From Anaerolineales bacterium (GTDB lineage: Bacteria > Chloroflexota > Anaerolineae > Anaerolineales > RBG-16-64-43), in NCBI GenBank assembly GCA_049511715.1, contig JBEKXU010000010.1:24793-88792 (forward strand): a stretch of 64,000 bases of DNA, in the 5' to 3' direction. Below are positions 39,681-48,233 of this stretch, piece by piece; the first letter of the stretch is position 1, and every line of letters begins with the position of its first letter. A program made the position numbers and the translations under genes. The notes beneath the pieces are model-generated. The model was not told the origin of the DNA and ran no database searches. It worked only from the letters and a program-made list of their open reading frames with translations.

Positions 39681-40877
39681 CTAGGGCAGCACGCTGAGTG
39701 GGTTCACGTTCCCCAGGCTGACGTTCTGGATTTCAAAGTACAGCTGGGGCGTCGTCGCGTTGCCCGTGGCACCCGCCAGGCCGATTACGCTGCTCTGATA
39801 GACGTTCGTCCCGCAAGTGACGAGCACCTTGCCGAGGAAGCCGTACACCGTTTGCCATCCGTTCCCATGGTCGATCACGATAAGATTTCCGTGCCCTCCG
39901 GTGCTCCATCCTGCGAACATGACGACACCGCTAGCCGCGGCGTAGACCTTGGACCCCAGGGCGGCTTGCAAGTCGATGGCTGGGTGAAAAGAACTGTAGG
40001 GATTCCCCGAGACGACGTGACTGTCTGTCGGCCAAACCCAGTACCCCTCGCCCTTGAGGGAACTCAAGTACGGGCCCTGGCAGGCACCCGGGCCGCCGAA
40101 CGACCACTTGGTTTTGTCCATCCGGCTGAGCAGAGGCACCTGCCACTGGACAAATGCCCGGTGCCCCCCGGGGATCACCAGCCATGTTCCGGGCGAAATC
40201 GGCGGGGCGGCCAGGTTGATCGAAGAAGGAAGGTGATTCCCCGGCCAGGCGACAATCTCCTGCGGGGTCACGCCGAAGAACTGAGCCAGGCCGGCAAGGC
40301 TGTTCCCGGCCTGCCACTGGTAGTAGGCACCGTCAACCGGCAGGATGTTGAGGACTTGACCAGCCTGAATCCGCTCGGGGTCATCTCCCAGGGTCCCATA
40401 GTTGGACCACAGGATCGTTGACGGCTGGAGGTTGAACTTTGCGGCAATCCCGTAAATCGTATCCCCAGGCTGGACCGAGTACGGCACCACCTCCGCTCTC
40501 GGCTGGGAGGGCAGATCTGTATGCAGGCTGATGACAGGAGAGATCGCGCCCGCGCTGGAGGCAGGCGGGAAGAGCAGGGACGCGCTGGTCGCGACTTCAG
40601 GACTGGCGGGCTCCAGGGTCGGTGTCGCGGTGGGGAGGCTTCCGGGGAGATTTAGGCGCGCCGGCAGCCAGGACCAAAGCTCGGGACGCGCCATCCAACT
40701 GAAAAGGACCACCATACCCAGGATCAGCAGGTGGCTCACACCGCGCAGCAAGGGCTCTCGCAGGTTTGTCCGGGTGAGGTTCTGCCAAAAGCTCGCCCCT
40801 CGGGAAACCTTAGGGTCTTGCCCTGGCCCCGCGGGGCCTGAGGAGGCGGAATTCTCTTTGCTGTCCATGGGGGGCAC
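39681..40877 (-). CDS. LysM-domain M23 metallopeptidase (membrane-anchored)
   Basis: N-terminal TM helix, Pro/Ser/Ala linker, two LysM-like repeats (YSVQPGDTIYGIAAKFNL; YQWQAGNSLAGLAQFFGV), M23 motifs HPAIDL...GVVMFAG...IDHGNGWQTVY. Confidence 0.88.
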   Translation of the reverse strand: MPPMDSKENSASSGPAGPGQDPKVSRGASFWQNLTRTNLREPLLRGVSHLLILGMVVLFSWMARPELWSWLPARLNLPGSLPTATPTLEPASPEVATSASLLFPPASSAGAISPVISLHTDLPSQPRAEVVPYSVQPGDTIYGIAAKFNLQPSTILWSNYGTLGDDPERIQAGQVLNILPVDGAYYQWQAGNSLAGLAQFFGVTPQEIVAWPGNHLPSSINLAAPPISPGTWLVIPGGHRAFVQWQVPLLSRMDKTKWSFGGPGACQGPYLSSLKGEGYWVWPTDSHVVSGNPYSSFHPAIDLQAALGSKVYAAASGVVMFAGWSTGGHGNLIVIDHGNGWQTVYGFLGKVLVTCGTNVYQSSVIGLAGATGNATTPQLYFEIQNVSLGNVNPLSVLP

Positions 40878-40959
40878 TCAGGGAAATCGGATCCTCGGCG
40901 GGCGAACTTCCAGACTCGCAGGTGGGATTGGCGGGTTGAGCGCAGGGCGACCGGAGGTT

Positions 40960-42075
40960 CTAAGGGATGATGTTGTAGATCGTGTGCGGGTCGACCGGGC
41001 TTCCGTTGTAGTGCATCTCAAAGTGGAGATGCGGGCCCGTGGAGTTTCCGGTGGTCCCGGCCAGGCCAATTTGCTGCCCTCCCACGACCTGGTCCCCGCA
41101 AGCGACTTCGATCTCGCTCAGGTGGGCGTAGTAGGTTTCCCAGCCGTCCAGGTGATTAATCACGACCAGGTTCCCGTAGCCCACAATACTCCAGCCGGCA
41201 TAGGTGACAACCCCCCGGTCTGCTGCCTCAATCGGCCAGCCCAGCAACTCCAAGATATCCACGCCCGGGTGCCACGAGGAAAAGTTGTTCCCGGACAGGA
41301 GGTGACTCGTGTCGTACGGGGCCGGCCAGACCCAAGCGCCAGCCCCAGGAGACCCTGTCTTGGAACCACCGCACCCGTTGGGACCCAGGAAGGAGTTGTA
41401 GCTCACGTCTTCGGTGACGCTTGTCGGTCCTGCCCAGTTGACGGTAGTGGACGTCCCGCCCGGGACCATGACGTAGTCGCCGGGAAGGACCTGGGGATTC
41501 AGCGGGTTAAGATTGTTGCTGGGGAAGCTCAGGATGGTCTCGACCGAGACATTGAACGCCGTGGCCACGCTCTGCAGCGTGTCCCCGGCTTGCCACTGGT
41601 AGTAGACCCCATCCAGGGGAGGGATCTTCAGAACTTGTCCGGGGGAGATCATTCCGGCCCCGGCCATCAAGGCGCCGATGTTCGCCCAGGCGATCGTGGT
41701 GGGCTTCAGTCCGAGTTGGGTGGCGATCGAAAACACCGAATCGCCCTGCTGAACGGTGTAGAACGTGATGGCATCGTTGGGCCGCTTCGGCTTGACCGTG
41801 TGGAGATCAATGATCGGGCGAATAGCCGAAGAATCTCCCGACGACGAAAGGCTAACGGCAGGATTCGGCAGACTGGCTGCGCTCGTCTCGGTTGGCAGGA
41901 GAACGACTGCGGGTGCGGCCGGGGAGCCCTCGCTGGCCGAACTGGCGGACGCTTGATGAAGATTCTGCCAGAACAGGAAGCCGGCGACGACCAGGACGAT
42001 CGGCAGGGCCCCCAACAGAAGCCAGCGCCACGGGACAGCGACCGCTCGCGTAGATTTGCCCTGCGGGGAGGTCAT
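40960..42075 (-). CDS. LysM-domain M23 metallopeptidase (paralog of 39681..40877)
   Basis: Same architecture: TM helix, linker, YTVQQGDSVFSIATQLGL and YQWQAGDTLQSVATAFNV LysM repeats, HPGVDI...VVTYAG...INHLDGWETYYAHL...GPHLHFE. The start overlaps the rho stop by 4 nt. Confidence 0.88.
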   Translation of the reverse strand: MTSPQGKSTRAVAVPWRWLLLGALPIVLVVAGFLFWQNLHQASASSASEGSPAAPAVVLLPTETSAASLPNPAVSLSSSGDSSAIRPIIDLHTVKPKRPNDAITFYTVQQGDSVFSIATQLGLKPTTIAWANIGALMAGAGMISPGQVLKIPPLDGVYYQWQAGDTLQSVATAFNVSVETILSFPSNNLNPLNPQVLPGDYVMVPGGTSTTVNWAGPTSVTEDVSYNSFLGPNGCGGSKTGSPGAGAWVWPAPYDTSHLLSGNNFSSWHPGVDILELLGWPIEAADRGVVTYAGWSIVGYGNLVVINHLDGWETYYAHLSEIEVACGDQVVGGQQIGLAGTTGNSTGPHLHFEMHYNGSPVDPHTIYNIIP

Positions 42076-43400
42076 ACGCCGTCTTTCGTCAGAGTCTCGA
42101 GGAACTCCATGTTGTTTTCGGTTTGTTCCAAGCGGGTCAGGATCGCTTCCGTGGCCTGGGTGACGTCCAGGCCCGCGCCATTGGGAGGAGGCGACACCAT
42201 CTGCGCCACCATGCGGCGCATCAACCAGACCCGCGGGGTGATGTCCGGGCCCAACAGCAGTTCCTCCCGGCGGGTCGAGGAGCGCTCGATATCGAATGCG
42301 GGGAAAATCCTGCGCTCCTGGAGTTTGCGGGAGAGAAGAAGCTCCATGTTTCCCGTGCCTTTGAACTCCTCGTACACCACGTCATCCAGCCTCGACCCGG
42401 TGTCGACAATGCAGGTCGCGATGATGGTAAGCGAGCCGCCTTCTTCGATGTTCCGCGCGGCTCCAAAGAAATGCTTGGGCGGGTAGAGAGCGGCCGGGTC
42501 CAGGCCGCCGGACAAGGTCCGCCCGGAAGGCGTAACCACGAGATTGTAGGCGCGGGCTAGGCGGGTGATGGAATCGAGGAGAATCACCACGTGGCGACCG
42601 ATCTCGACCAGACGCTTGGCCCGCTCGAGAGCGATTTCGGCAACCCGCACGTGAGAGGTCACCGGCTCGTCAAAGGTCGAGGAGATCACCTCCGCGTCCA
42701 CCGAGCGATCCATGTCGGTGACCTCTTCCGGCCGTTCCCCGATGAGGGCAACCATCAGGTGAACTTCCGGGTACTTGAGCGAGATGCTGTTCGCAATCTG
42801 TTTCAGGACGGTGGTCTTGCCGGCCTTTGGGGGCGAGACAATCAGGCCGCGCTGCCCGCGGCCAATGGGGGCCACCAGGTTGAGCAGCCGCGTGGCCAGG
42901 GTGTGCCGATCGGTTTCGAGGTCGAACCGAAGGTCAGGAAAGATCGGAACGAGGTCCTCGAAAACCGGACGCTGTTTGGCCTGTTCGGGGTCGAGACCGT
43001 TGATTGCCTCCACCCGCAGGAGGCCAAAGTACTTTTCCGATTCCTTCGGGGCGCGGACTTGGCCAATGACCATATCCCCGGTGCGCAGCCCGAAGCGCCG
43101 GATCTGCGATTGGGAAACGTAGATGTCGTTGGGACCCGGCAGGTAATGCTCGGCTCGGAGGAATCCGATGCCCTCCTCGACAATCTCCAAAATGCCTCCC
43201 CGGAGTTCGAGCCCCTGGCGTTCCGCGTTGGCCTGGAGCAGGCGCAGAATCAAGTCCTCCTTCTTCATGCGCGCGGAGCTCGGGATCTCGAAATCCTTCG
43301 CCGACCGGCGCAGGTCCGCCAGGTTCATCTTCTCCAGATCGGCGATATTCATACGGGGTTCACGCTGGATAACAGTTGGACGGGCAGGCAATGTAGTCAT
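42072..43400 (-). CDS. rho: Transcription termination factor Rho
   Basis: N-terminal MNIADLEKMNLADLR, CSD-like RNA-binding domain (FGLLRVEAING), Walker A GRGQRGLIVSPPKAGKTT, Q and R loops. The start is either ATG 43400 or ATG 43352 (MNIADLEK...). Confidence 0.95.
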   Translation of the reverse strand: MTTLPARPTVIQREPRMNIADLEKMNLADLRRSAKDFEIPSSARMKKEDLILRLLQANAERQGLELRGGILEIVEEGIGFLRAEHYLPGPNDIYVSQSQIRRFGLRTGDMVIGQVRAPKESEKYFGLLRVEAINGLDPEQAKQRPVFEDLVPIFPDLRFDLETDRHTLATRLLNLVAPIGRGQRGLIVSPPKAGKTTVLKQIANSISLKYPEVHLMVALIGERPEEVTDMDRSVDAEVISSTFDEPVTSHVRVAEIALERAKRLVEIGRHVVILLDSITRLARAYNLVVTPSGRTLSGGLDPAALYPPKHFFGAARNIEEGGSLTIIATCIVDTGSRLDDVVYEEFKGTGNMELLLSRKLQERRIFPAFDIERSSTRREELLLGPDITPRVWLMRRMVAQMVSPPPNGAGLDVTQATEAILTRLEQTENNMEFLETLTKDGV

Positions 43401-43594
43401 AGCAGGAATTGGGGCCTCGCAGGAGCGGGGTCCAGGCGCAGGGCACGCCTGGCTGTCAGGATGCGGTCATCTCTAGGGATGCGACGATCTCGGTAGCACG
43501 CGCACGACGGGCTTGCCAACCTCTATTGCCGAAGGAACGAAGGCAAGTTCTGAGTCCGGTAGGAAGACAAGAGGGCGAATTGTCCCTGTGCGAG

Positions 43595-43667
43595 TGACCC
43601 ACGTAGGACTTGAACCTACAACCAACTGATTAAGAGTCAGCTGCTCTGCCAGTTGAGCTAGTGGGCC
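43595..43667 (-). tRNA. tRNA-Lys (anticodon CUU)
   Basis: Reverse complement folds as GGCCCAC/GTGGGTC acceptor (one G-U), D-arm GCTC...GAGC, anticodon stem GCTGA/TCAGT with loop CTCTTAA, T-arm GTAGG-TTCAAGT-CCTAC, discriminator A. Confidence 0.92.
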
Positions 43668-43670
43668 GGG

Positions 43671-43700
43671 TAAAAAGGCAGGAAGCCGAGTCCTACCTGC
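43671..43700 (-). terminator. Hairpin + T5 in the tRNA-Lys leader (terminator-like or processing structure)
   Basis: The minus strand reads GCAGGTAGGACTCGGCTTCCTGC (5 bp + mismatch + 2 bp stem) followed by CTTTTTACCC, ending 4 nt before the tRNA 5' end. Confidence 0.4.
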
Positions 43701-43763
43701 TCCCTTGCCTAGGCGTCTCCTCCGGGAGGCTCCGGAGAGTAGTGCCTTTTACGATCGGGGCAA

Positions 43764-43791
43764 ATTATACTCAAAAGGGTAAGGTTGTCAA
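43764..43791 (-). promoter_or_regulatory. Consensus sigma70 promoter (TTGACA - 16 nt - TATAAT) upstream of tRNA-Lys/rho
   Basis: The minus strand reads TTGACAaccttacccttttgagTATAAT. The predicted TSS is ~90 nt upstream of the mature tRNA-Lys 5' end. Confidence 0.7.
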
Positions 43792-44046
43792 TCCAGCCCA
43801 GGGCCCCATACCGCCTTGCGCACTCCGCCCTGTCCGCTCCGGAGAAAACCGAAGCGAGGGGCCGCTTCGCAAGGATGGGGGTTGGCCCGGGCCGACTTCC
43901 TTCCGCGCCCGCCAGACAAAGATTCCGGTGCCATGGATCCATCGGCAGACCGGGCCCAGCTGCGGGGGGCCCCGCCTGGACGCATGTGGTCTCCTCCGGG
44001 GGCCCGGAGGGCATTCAACCGCGCTTGCATCGCCGTGGGAGCGCGT

Positions 44047-44058
44047 GAGTGATCCTTG
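44047..44058 (+). promoter_or_regulatory. Perfect palindrome TGTCA-AA-TGACA (operator-like)
   Basis: Read directly from the sequence. It lies 220 nt upstream of the hydB start. Confidence 0.3.
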
Positions 44059-44119
44059 TCAAATGACACGGTTAGGATGGACCCGGATAGGGCCACGCCG
44101 GTTCCTCAGGGGATAAACC

Positions 44120-44153
44120 TGATAAGTTGGACAAACTAATGATAAATAGGACA
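44120..44153 (+). promoter_or_regulatory. Two 14-nt direct repeats (TGATAAgTtGGACA / TGATAAaTaGGACA) phased 20 bp apart in an AT-rich island upstream of the hydrogenase operon
   Basis: 12/14 identical. The repeats start at 44120 and 44140 and are embedded in a ~70-nt stretch of ~36% GC (my count for 44111-44180), in an otherwise >60% GC window. Confidence 0.4.
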
Positions 44154-44277
44154 TACTTCAGACCAAGAGACGATTAGTGTAAGGTATCCGGGGAACGGCC
44201 CGGGCCTAAACTAACAACGACCTCGCCTAGCGTCCCGAGCAAGGGAGGGCTGTGAATCGAGAGGAGCAAAGCCGGCG

Positions 44278-45345
44278 ATGACCTTCTATGTCATTCCCAA
44301 GACCGCGGTTCCGGACTGGGTAGACCACCTGCGCAAGTCTCGTCGAGTCGTTGGCCCACGTCCGCTGCACGGCCAGTATGTTTTCGATGAAGTCCGTTCG
44401 GCTCGCGAACTGGATCTCAGCTACCCCACCACGGTCATTCCTCCCAAGAAGTACCTGCTCCCACAACGAGAAGACCTGCTCTCCTTCCGGGCGGGAGTGG
44501 GTGAGGCTCAGCTCGCGCAGGAAGGAAGTCCGACCGTGGTTCTGGGGGTCCACACCTGCGACCTGCACGCCATCCAGCTGCTCGACTTGGTCTTCAGTCA
44601 GGGCAACCGCGATCAACACTACCTCACCCGCCGGGAGAGCGTTGCCCTGGTCAGCATCGAGTGTCTGAAGCCGTGCGGGCCTCACTCTTTTTGCAAGAGT
44701 ATGGGGACCCTGGGGGTCATTGACGGATACGACTTGCACCTGACCGACCTGGGTGAGGAATACGCCGTGGATGTCGGCACGGAGAAGGGGCAGGCCCTGC
44801 TCAAGGGCTTCGGGAGCGTGCGGGAGGGGACGGAAGCGGACCACCGGCTGTTCAACCGAGTGATGGCCGAGAAGTGGCCGCGGTTCCCCTTGCGCCTCGA
44901 CTTTGACATCACCGAATTGCCCAGCCTCCTGTCCACGAGCTACGACAGCTCGTTGTGGGAGGAATTGGGCCAGCGCTGCCTGGCCTGCGGCATGTGCACC
45001 AACGTCTGCCCGACCTGCTACTGTTTCAATGTCCTCGACGAAGTCGACTTCACCCTGAGCGCCGGAAGGCGTTATCGGATCTGGGACTCCTGCCAGCTTG
45101 ACCGCTTCGCCACCGTGGCTGGCGGGCACAATTTCCGCGCCGCCCAGGCGGCGCGCGTGCGACACCGGTTTTTCCGCAAGGGGAAGTACCAGACGGACGC
45201 CTATGGACTCCTGGGCTGCGTCGGTTGCGGGCGCTGTGCGCAGGTCTGTTTGGTTCACATCACCCCAGTCGACACCTGGAATGAGCTGAATCGGAGGCGC
45301 AACACCGCCTCCTTGAGTGCGGGTGTCAAGGAGGCGCAGGCATGA
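44278..45345 (+). CDS. hydB: [NiFe] hydrogenase group-3b-type beta subunit (4Fe-4S protein, AsrA-like)
   Basis: Cys clusters CLACGMCTNVCPTCYC and CVGCGRCAQVC. The length and the order B-G-D-A match the sulfhydrogenase operon layout known from Pyrococcus. Confidence 0.8.
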   Translation: MTFYVIPKTAVPDWVDHLRKSRRVVGPRPLHGQYVFDEVRSARELDLSYPTTVIPPKKYLLPQREDLLSFRAGVGEAQLAQEGSPTVVLGVHTCDLHAIQLLDLVFSQGNRDQHYLTRRESVALVSIECLKPCGPHSFCKSMGTLGVIDGYDLHLTDLGEEYAVDVGTEKGQALLKGFGSVREGTEADHRLFNRVMAEKWPRFPLRLDFDITELPSLLSTSYDSSLWEELGQRCLACGMCTNVCPTCYCFNVLDEVDFTLSAGRRYRIWDSCQLDRFATVAGGHNFRAAQAARVRHRFFRKGKYQTDAYGLLGCVGCGRCAQVCLVHITPVDTWNELNRRRNTASLSAGVKEAQA

Positions 45346-46193
45346 CTGCCGAGCTCAAGTCGAGCCTGGAGAGTACTTCCATTTATCTTCCGACCCTGGC
45401 GACCATCACCAATGTGCGGCCGATCACCAAGATGGAGAAAGTCTTCACGGTCGAGCTTCCCGGCGGGATGTCGCTTGGTCACAAGCCCGGGCAGTTCGTC
45501 GAGGTTTCTCTCTTTGGAATCGGGGAGGCACCCATCAGTATCTGCTCCTCCCCCAGTCGCAGCAATGGCCGGTTTGAGCTTTGCGCGCGCAAGGCTGGGG
45601 ATTTGACCGGGGTCCTGCACACCCTGGGACCGGGGGATCGGATTGGCGTGCGGGGGCCCTTTGGTGAAGGCTTTCCGGTTGAGCGCTTCCGGGGGAAGGA
45701 TATGCTCTTCGCCCCCGGGGGATTGGGCCTCGCCCCCCTGCGCTCCCTGATCGACCAAGTGCTCGATGAGCGCGGGAATTTCGGAAGGGTGATTATCCTC
45801 TACGGGGCGCGCAACCCCTCGGAATTGCTTTTCACGGATGAACTGGCGGAGTGGGCAAGGCGCTCGGATGTCGAGCTCCTCGTGACGGTCGACCGGGGGG
45901 ATGCGACCTGGAAAGGAAATGAAGGGGTGATTACGACCCTTTTCCCGAAGATCCAGATCTATCCCCGCGATACGGTCGCCTTCACCGTCGGGCCTCCGGT
46001 GATGTACCGCTTCGTCATTATGGAGTGCTTGGCCAAGGGGATTCCCGAGGGGAACATTTGGCTGAGCTTGGAGCGCCGGATGAAATGCGGCGTGGGCAAG
46101 TGCGGCCACTGCCAGATCAACAATGTGTACGTCTGCCAGTCGGGTCCGGCCTTCCGCTATTCAGAGATCAAACATCTCGGGGAGGCGCTCTGA
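45342..46193 (+). CDS. hydG: [NiFe] hydrogenase gamma subunit (FAD/NAD(P)-binding, C-terminal 2Fe-2S)
   Basis: Ferredoxin-reductase-like fold (GQFVEVS, PGGLGLAPLRSL, ILYGARN) and the C-terminal CGVGKCGHCQ cluster. ATGA overlap with hydB. Confidence 0.8.
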   Translation: MTAELKSSLESTSIYLPTLATITNVRPITKMEKVFTVELPGGMSLGHKPGQFVEVSLFGIGEAPISICSSPSRSNGRFELCARKAGDLTGVLHTLGPGDRIGVRGPFGEGFPVERFRGKDMLFAPGGLGLAPLRSLIDQVLDERGNFGRVIILYGARNPSELLFTDELAEWARRSDVELLVTVDRGDATWKGNEGVITTLFPKIQIYPRDTVAFTVGPPVMYRFVIMECLAKGIPEGNIWLSLERRMKCGVGKCGHCQINNVYVCQSGPAFRYSEIKHLGEAL

Positions 46194-46960
46194 TGGCTAC
46201 CCGACCGAAGGTCGCCTTTTTTGAGTTCACCAGCTGTGAGGGGTGTCAGCTGACGGTGGTCGACTCGCTTCAAACCCATCCCGAGCTGCTGGACGCCGTG
46301 GAGATTGTCCGCTTCCGGGAGGCCATGAGTGAACAAGGGGATGACTATCAGGTGGTCTTCATCGAGGGTTCCTGCTCGCGGCCGGCGGACGAGGAGCAGC
46401 TCCAGGCCATCCGGCAACGAGCCGGGGTGGTGATCGAGCTGGGGGCGTGTGCTCACATAAGCGGAGTTAACGCCATTCGCAACCGCCAGGATCTGACGGA
46501 TGTTCGCCGCTATGTCTACGGGGACCATGCCGATTGGTTTGCAACTTACCCCGCGCGTCCCATCCATGCCGTGATCCCGGTGGAGGCAGCCATCCCCGGC
46601 TGTCCAATCGACCGCAATGAATTCCTCCGCGTCGTGACCACTCTCCTGCAGGGCCGCTTGCCTCAACTTCCCGACTACCCGGTCTGTGTCGAGTGCAAGC
46701 TGAAAGAAAATGTGTGCGTTTATCAGCGCGGCCGGACTTGCCTGGGGCCGGTGGTGAGGGCCGGGTGTGACGCCATCTGTCCGACCTACGGCGAAGGTTG
46801 CGAGGGGTGCCGGGGGCTGATTCCGGCTCCGAACGTTGAGTCTCTGCTGCAGGTCCTGAAGGAATATGGACTGCAGCCGGACCAGGCCCAGGCCCAGATG
46901 ACGGAGTTCCTGACCTATTCGATGATGGAAAGAGAGGCGGCCTCAAATGGCAAGCGTTAA
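46193..46960 (+). CDS. hydD: [NiFe] hydrogenase small (delta) subunit
   Basis: MATRPKVAFFEFTSCEGCQL, IEGS, GACA, PGCP and the distal cluster Cys run CVECKLKENVC...CLGPVVRAGCDAICP...GCEGCRG. ATG at 46193 overlaps the hydG stop. Confidence 0.85.
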   Translation: MATRPKVAFFEFTSCEGCQLTVVDSLQTHPELLDAVEIVRFREAMSEQGDDYQVVFIEGSCSRPADEEQLQAIRQRAGVVIELGACAHISGVNAIRNRQDLTDVRRYVYGDHADWFATYPARPIHAVIPVEAAIPGCPIDRNEFLRVVTTLLQGRLPQLPDYPVCVECKLKENVCVYQRGRTCLGPVVRAGCDAICPTYGEGCEGCRGLIPAPNVESLLQVLKEYGLQPDQAQAQMTEFLTYSMMEREAASNGKR

Positions 46961-48233
46961 GGTCGACGTCCATCATATCACCCGCGTCGAGGGCCACGGC
47001 AATATCGTCATCGACGTGGACAACGGGGAGCTCAAGCAGTGCGAGCTACAGGTGGTGGAGGCCCCGCGCTTTTTCGAGGCCATGCTGCGCGGCCGCCCCT
47101 TTGCTCAGGCCTCGCACATCACCTCCCGAATCTGCGGCATATGCGCGGTCGGGCATGCCACCGCCTCCCTGCGTGCCACCGAGAAGGCCTTGGGGGTAGA
47201 ACCGAGCCCGCAGACAGTCCTGCTGCGGCAGCTCAATTTCTTCGGGGAAATCCTGGATAGCCATATCCTCCACGCCTACATGCTGGTGGCTCCGGATCTG
47301 CTGGGCGCCGGGAGCGTGATCCCCCTGGCACGCTCCGCCCCTGAGGTGGTCTTGCGCGCCCTGCGCATGAAGAAGCTTGCCGGCGACCTGTGTGCGGCCA
47401 TTTGCGGCCGGCACACCCACCCGATTGCCCTGGCCGTCGGAGGCTTCACCCATTATCCCTCCCGCGGCGACCTAGAAACTCTGCGCGAGCGGTTCACGGC
47501 CGTGCGAAGCGATGTCGATGCCACCGTGGAGCTTTTCCAGAAACTGCGCTTACCGGATTTCGATCGCGAAACCGAATATCTGGCGCTGCGCAAGCCCGAA
47601 GAGTACTGCTTCATCGACGGCGAGATCGCCAGCAGCGATGGGGGCTCCTGGCCCGTGGAACACTACCGGGAGATCACCAACGAATACCTCGTGGCCTACT
47701 CTTCGGCCAAGCGAACAAAACACCTTAGGGACGCCTACATGGTCGGGGCCCTGGCCCGCTTCAACATCAATTTTGAGCGGCTGCATCCCAAGGCCAAGGC
47801 GGCCGCCCGTGCCTTGGGGATTCATCCCAAGTGCACCAATCCCTATCTGAACACCGCAGCTCAGGTCGTGGAAATCGTACACTGCGTTGAGGAGGCCGTG
47901 AGAATCCTTGACCAACTTCTGGCTCAAGGCTTCGCCTGGGAGGAACCGGTGAAGCCCTCCCGCCTGTCAGGTGAAGGGGTGGGCGCGTGCGAGGTCCCCC
48001 GGGGAACCCTTTACCACCACTACCGGATCGAGGAGGGGAAGATCGCCGCGGCCAACTGCATTATTCCCACGGGCCAGAATCTTGCTAACATCGAAGCCGA
48101 TATGCGGACGCTCGTACCCAAGATTCTCAACCGCAAGTCGGAGGAGATCACGCTGGCGCTGGAGATGCTCGTCCGGGCCTACGATCCCTGCATTTCGTGT
48201 TCCACCCACATGCTGGAGGTTCGCTTTGAGTGA
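46947..48233 (+). CDS. hydA: [NiFe] hydrogenase large (alpha) subunit
   Basis: N-terminal RVEGHG and RICGICAVGH (L1 CxxC), C-terminal DPCISCSTH (L2 CxxC-H). Confidence 0.92.
   Translation: MASVKVDVHHITRVEGHGNIVIDVDNGELKQCELQVVEAPRFFEAMLRGRPFAQASHITSRICGICAVGHATASLRATEKALGVEPSPQTVLLRQLNFFGEILDSHILHAYMLVAPDLLGAGSVIPLARSAPEVVLRALRMKKLAGDLCAAICGRHTHPIALAVGGFTHYPSRGDLETLRERFTAVRSDVDATVELFQKLRLPDFDRETEYLALRKPEEYCFIDGEIASSDGGSWPVEHYREITNEYLVAYSSAKRTKHLRDAYMVGALARFNINFERLHPKAKAAARALGIHPKCTNPYLNTAAQVVEIVHCVEEAVRILDQLLAQGFAWEEPVKPSRLSGEGVGACEVPRGTLYHHYRIEEGKIAAANCIIPTGQNLANIEADMRTLVPKILNRKSEEITLALEMLVRAYDPCISCSTHMLEVRFE

Noticed and set aside
43595-44277. tRNA-Lys plus the adjacent AT-rich DNA as the edge of an integrated mobile element carrying the hydrogenase island.
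   Set aside because: There is no integrase, no transposase and no direct repeat of the tRNA 3' end. The AT-rich patch lies on the 5' (promoter) side of the tRNA, not at its 3' end where integration normally occurs.
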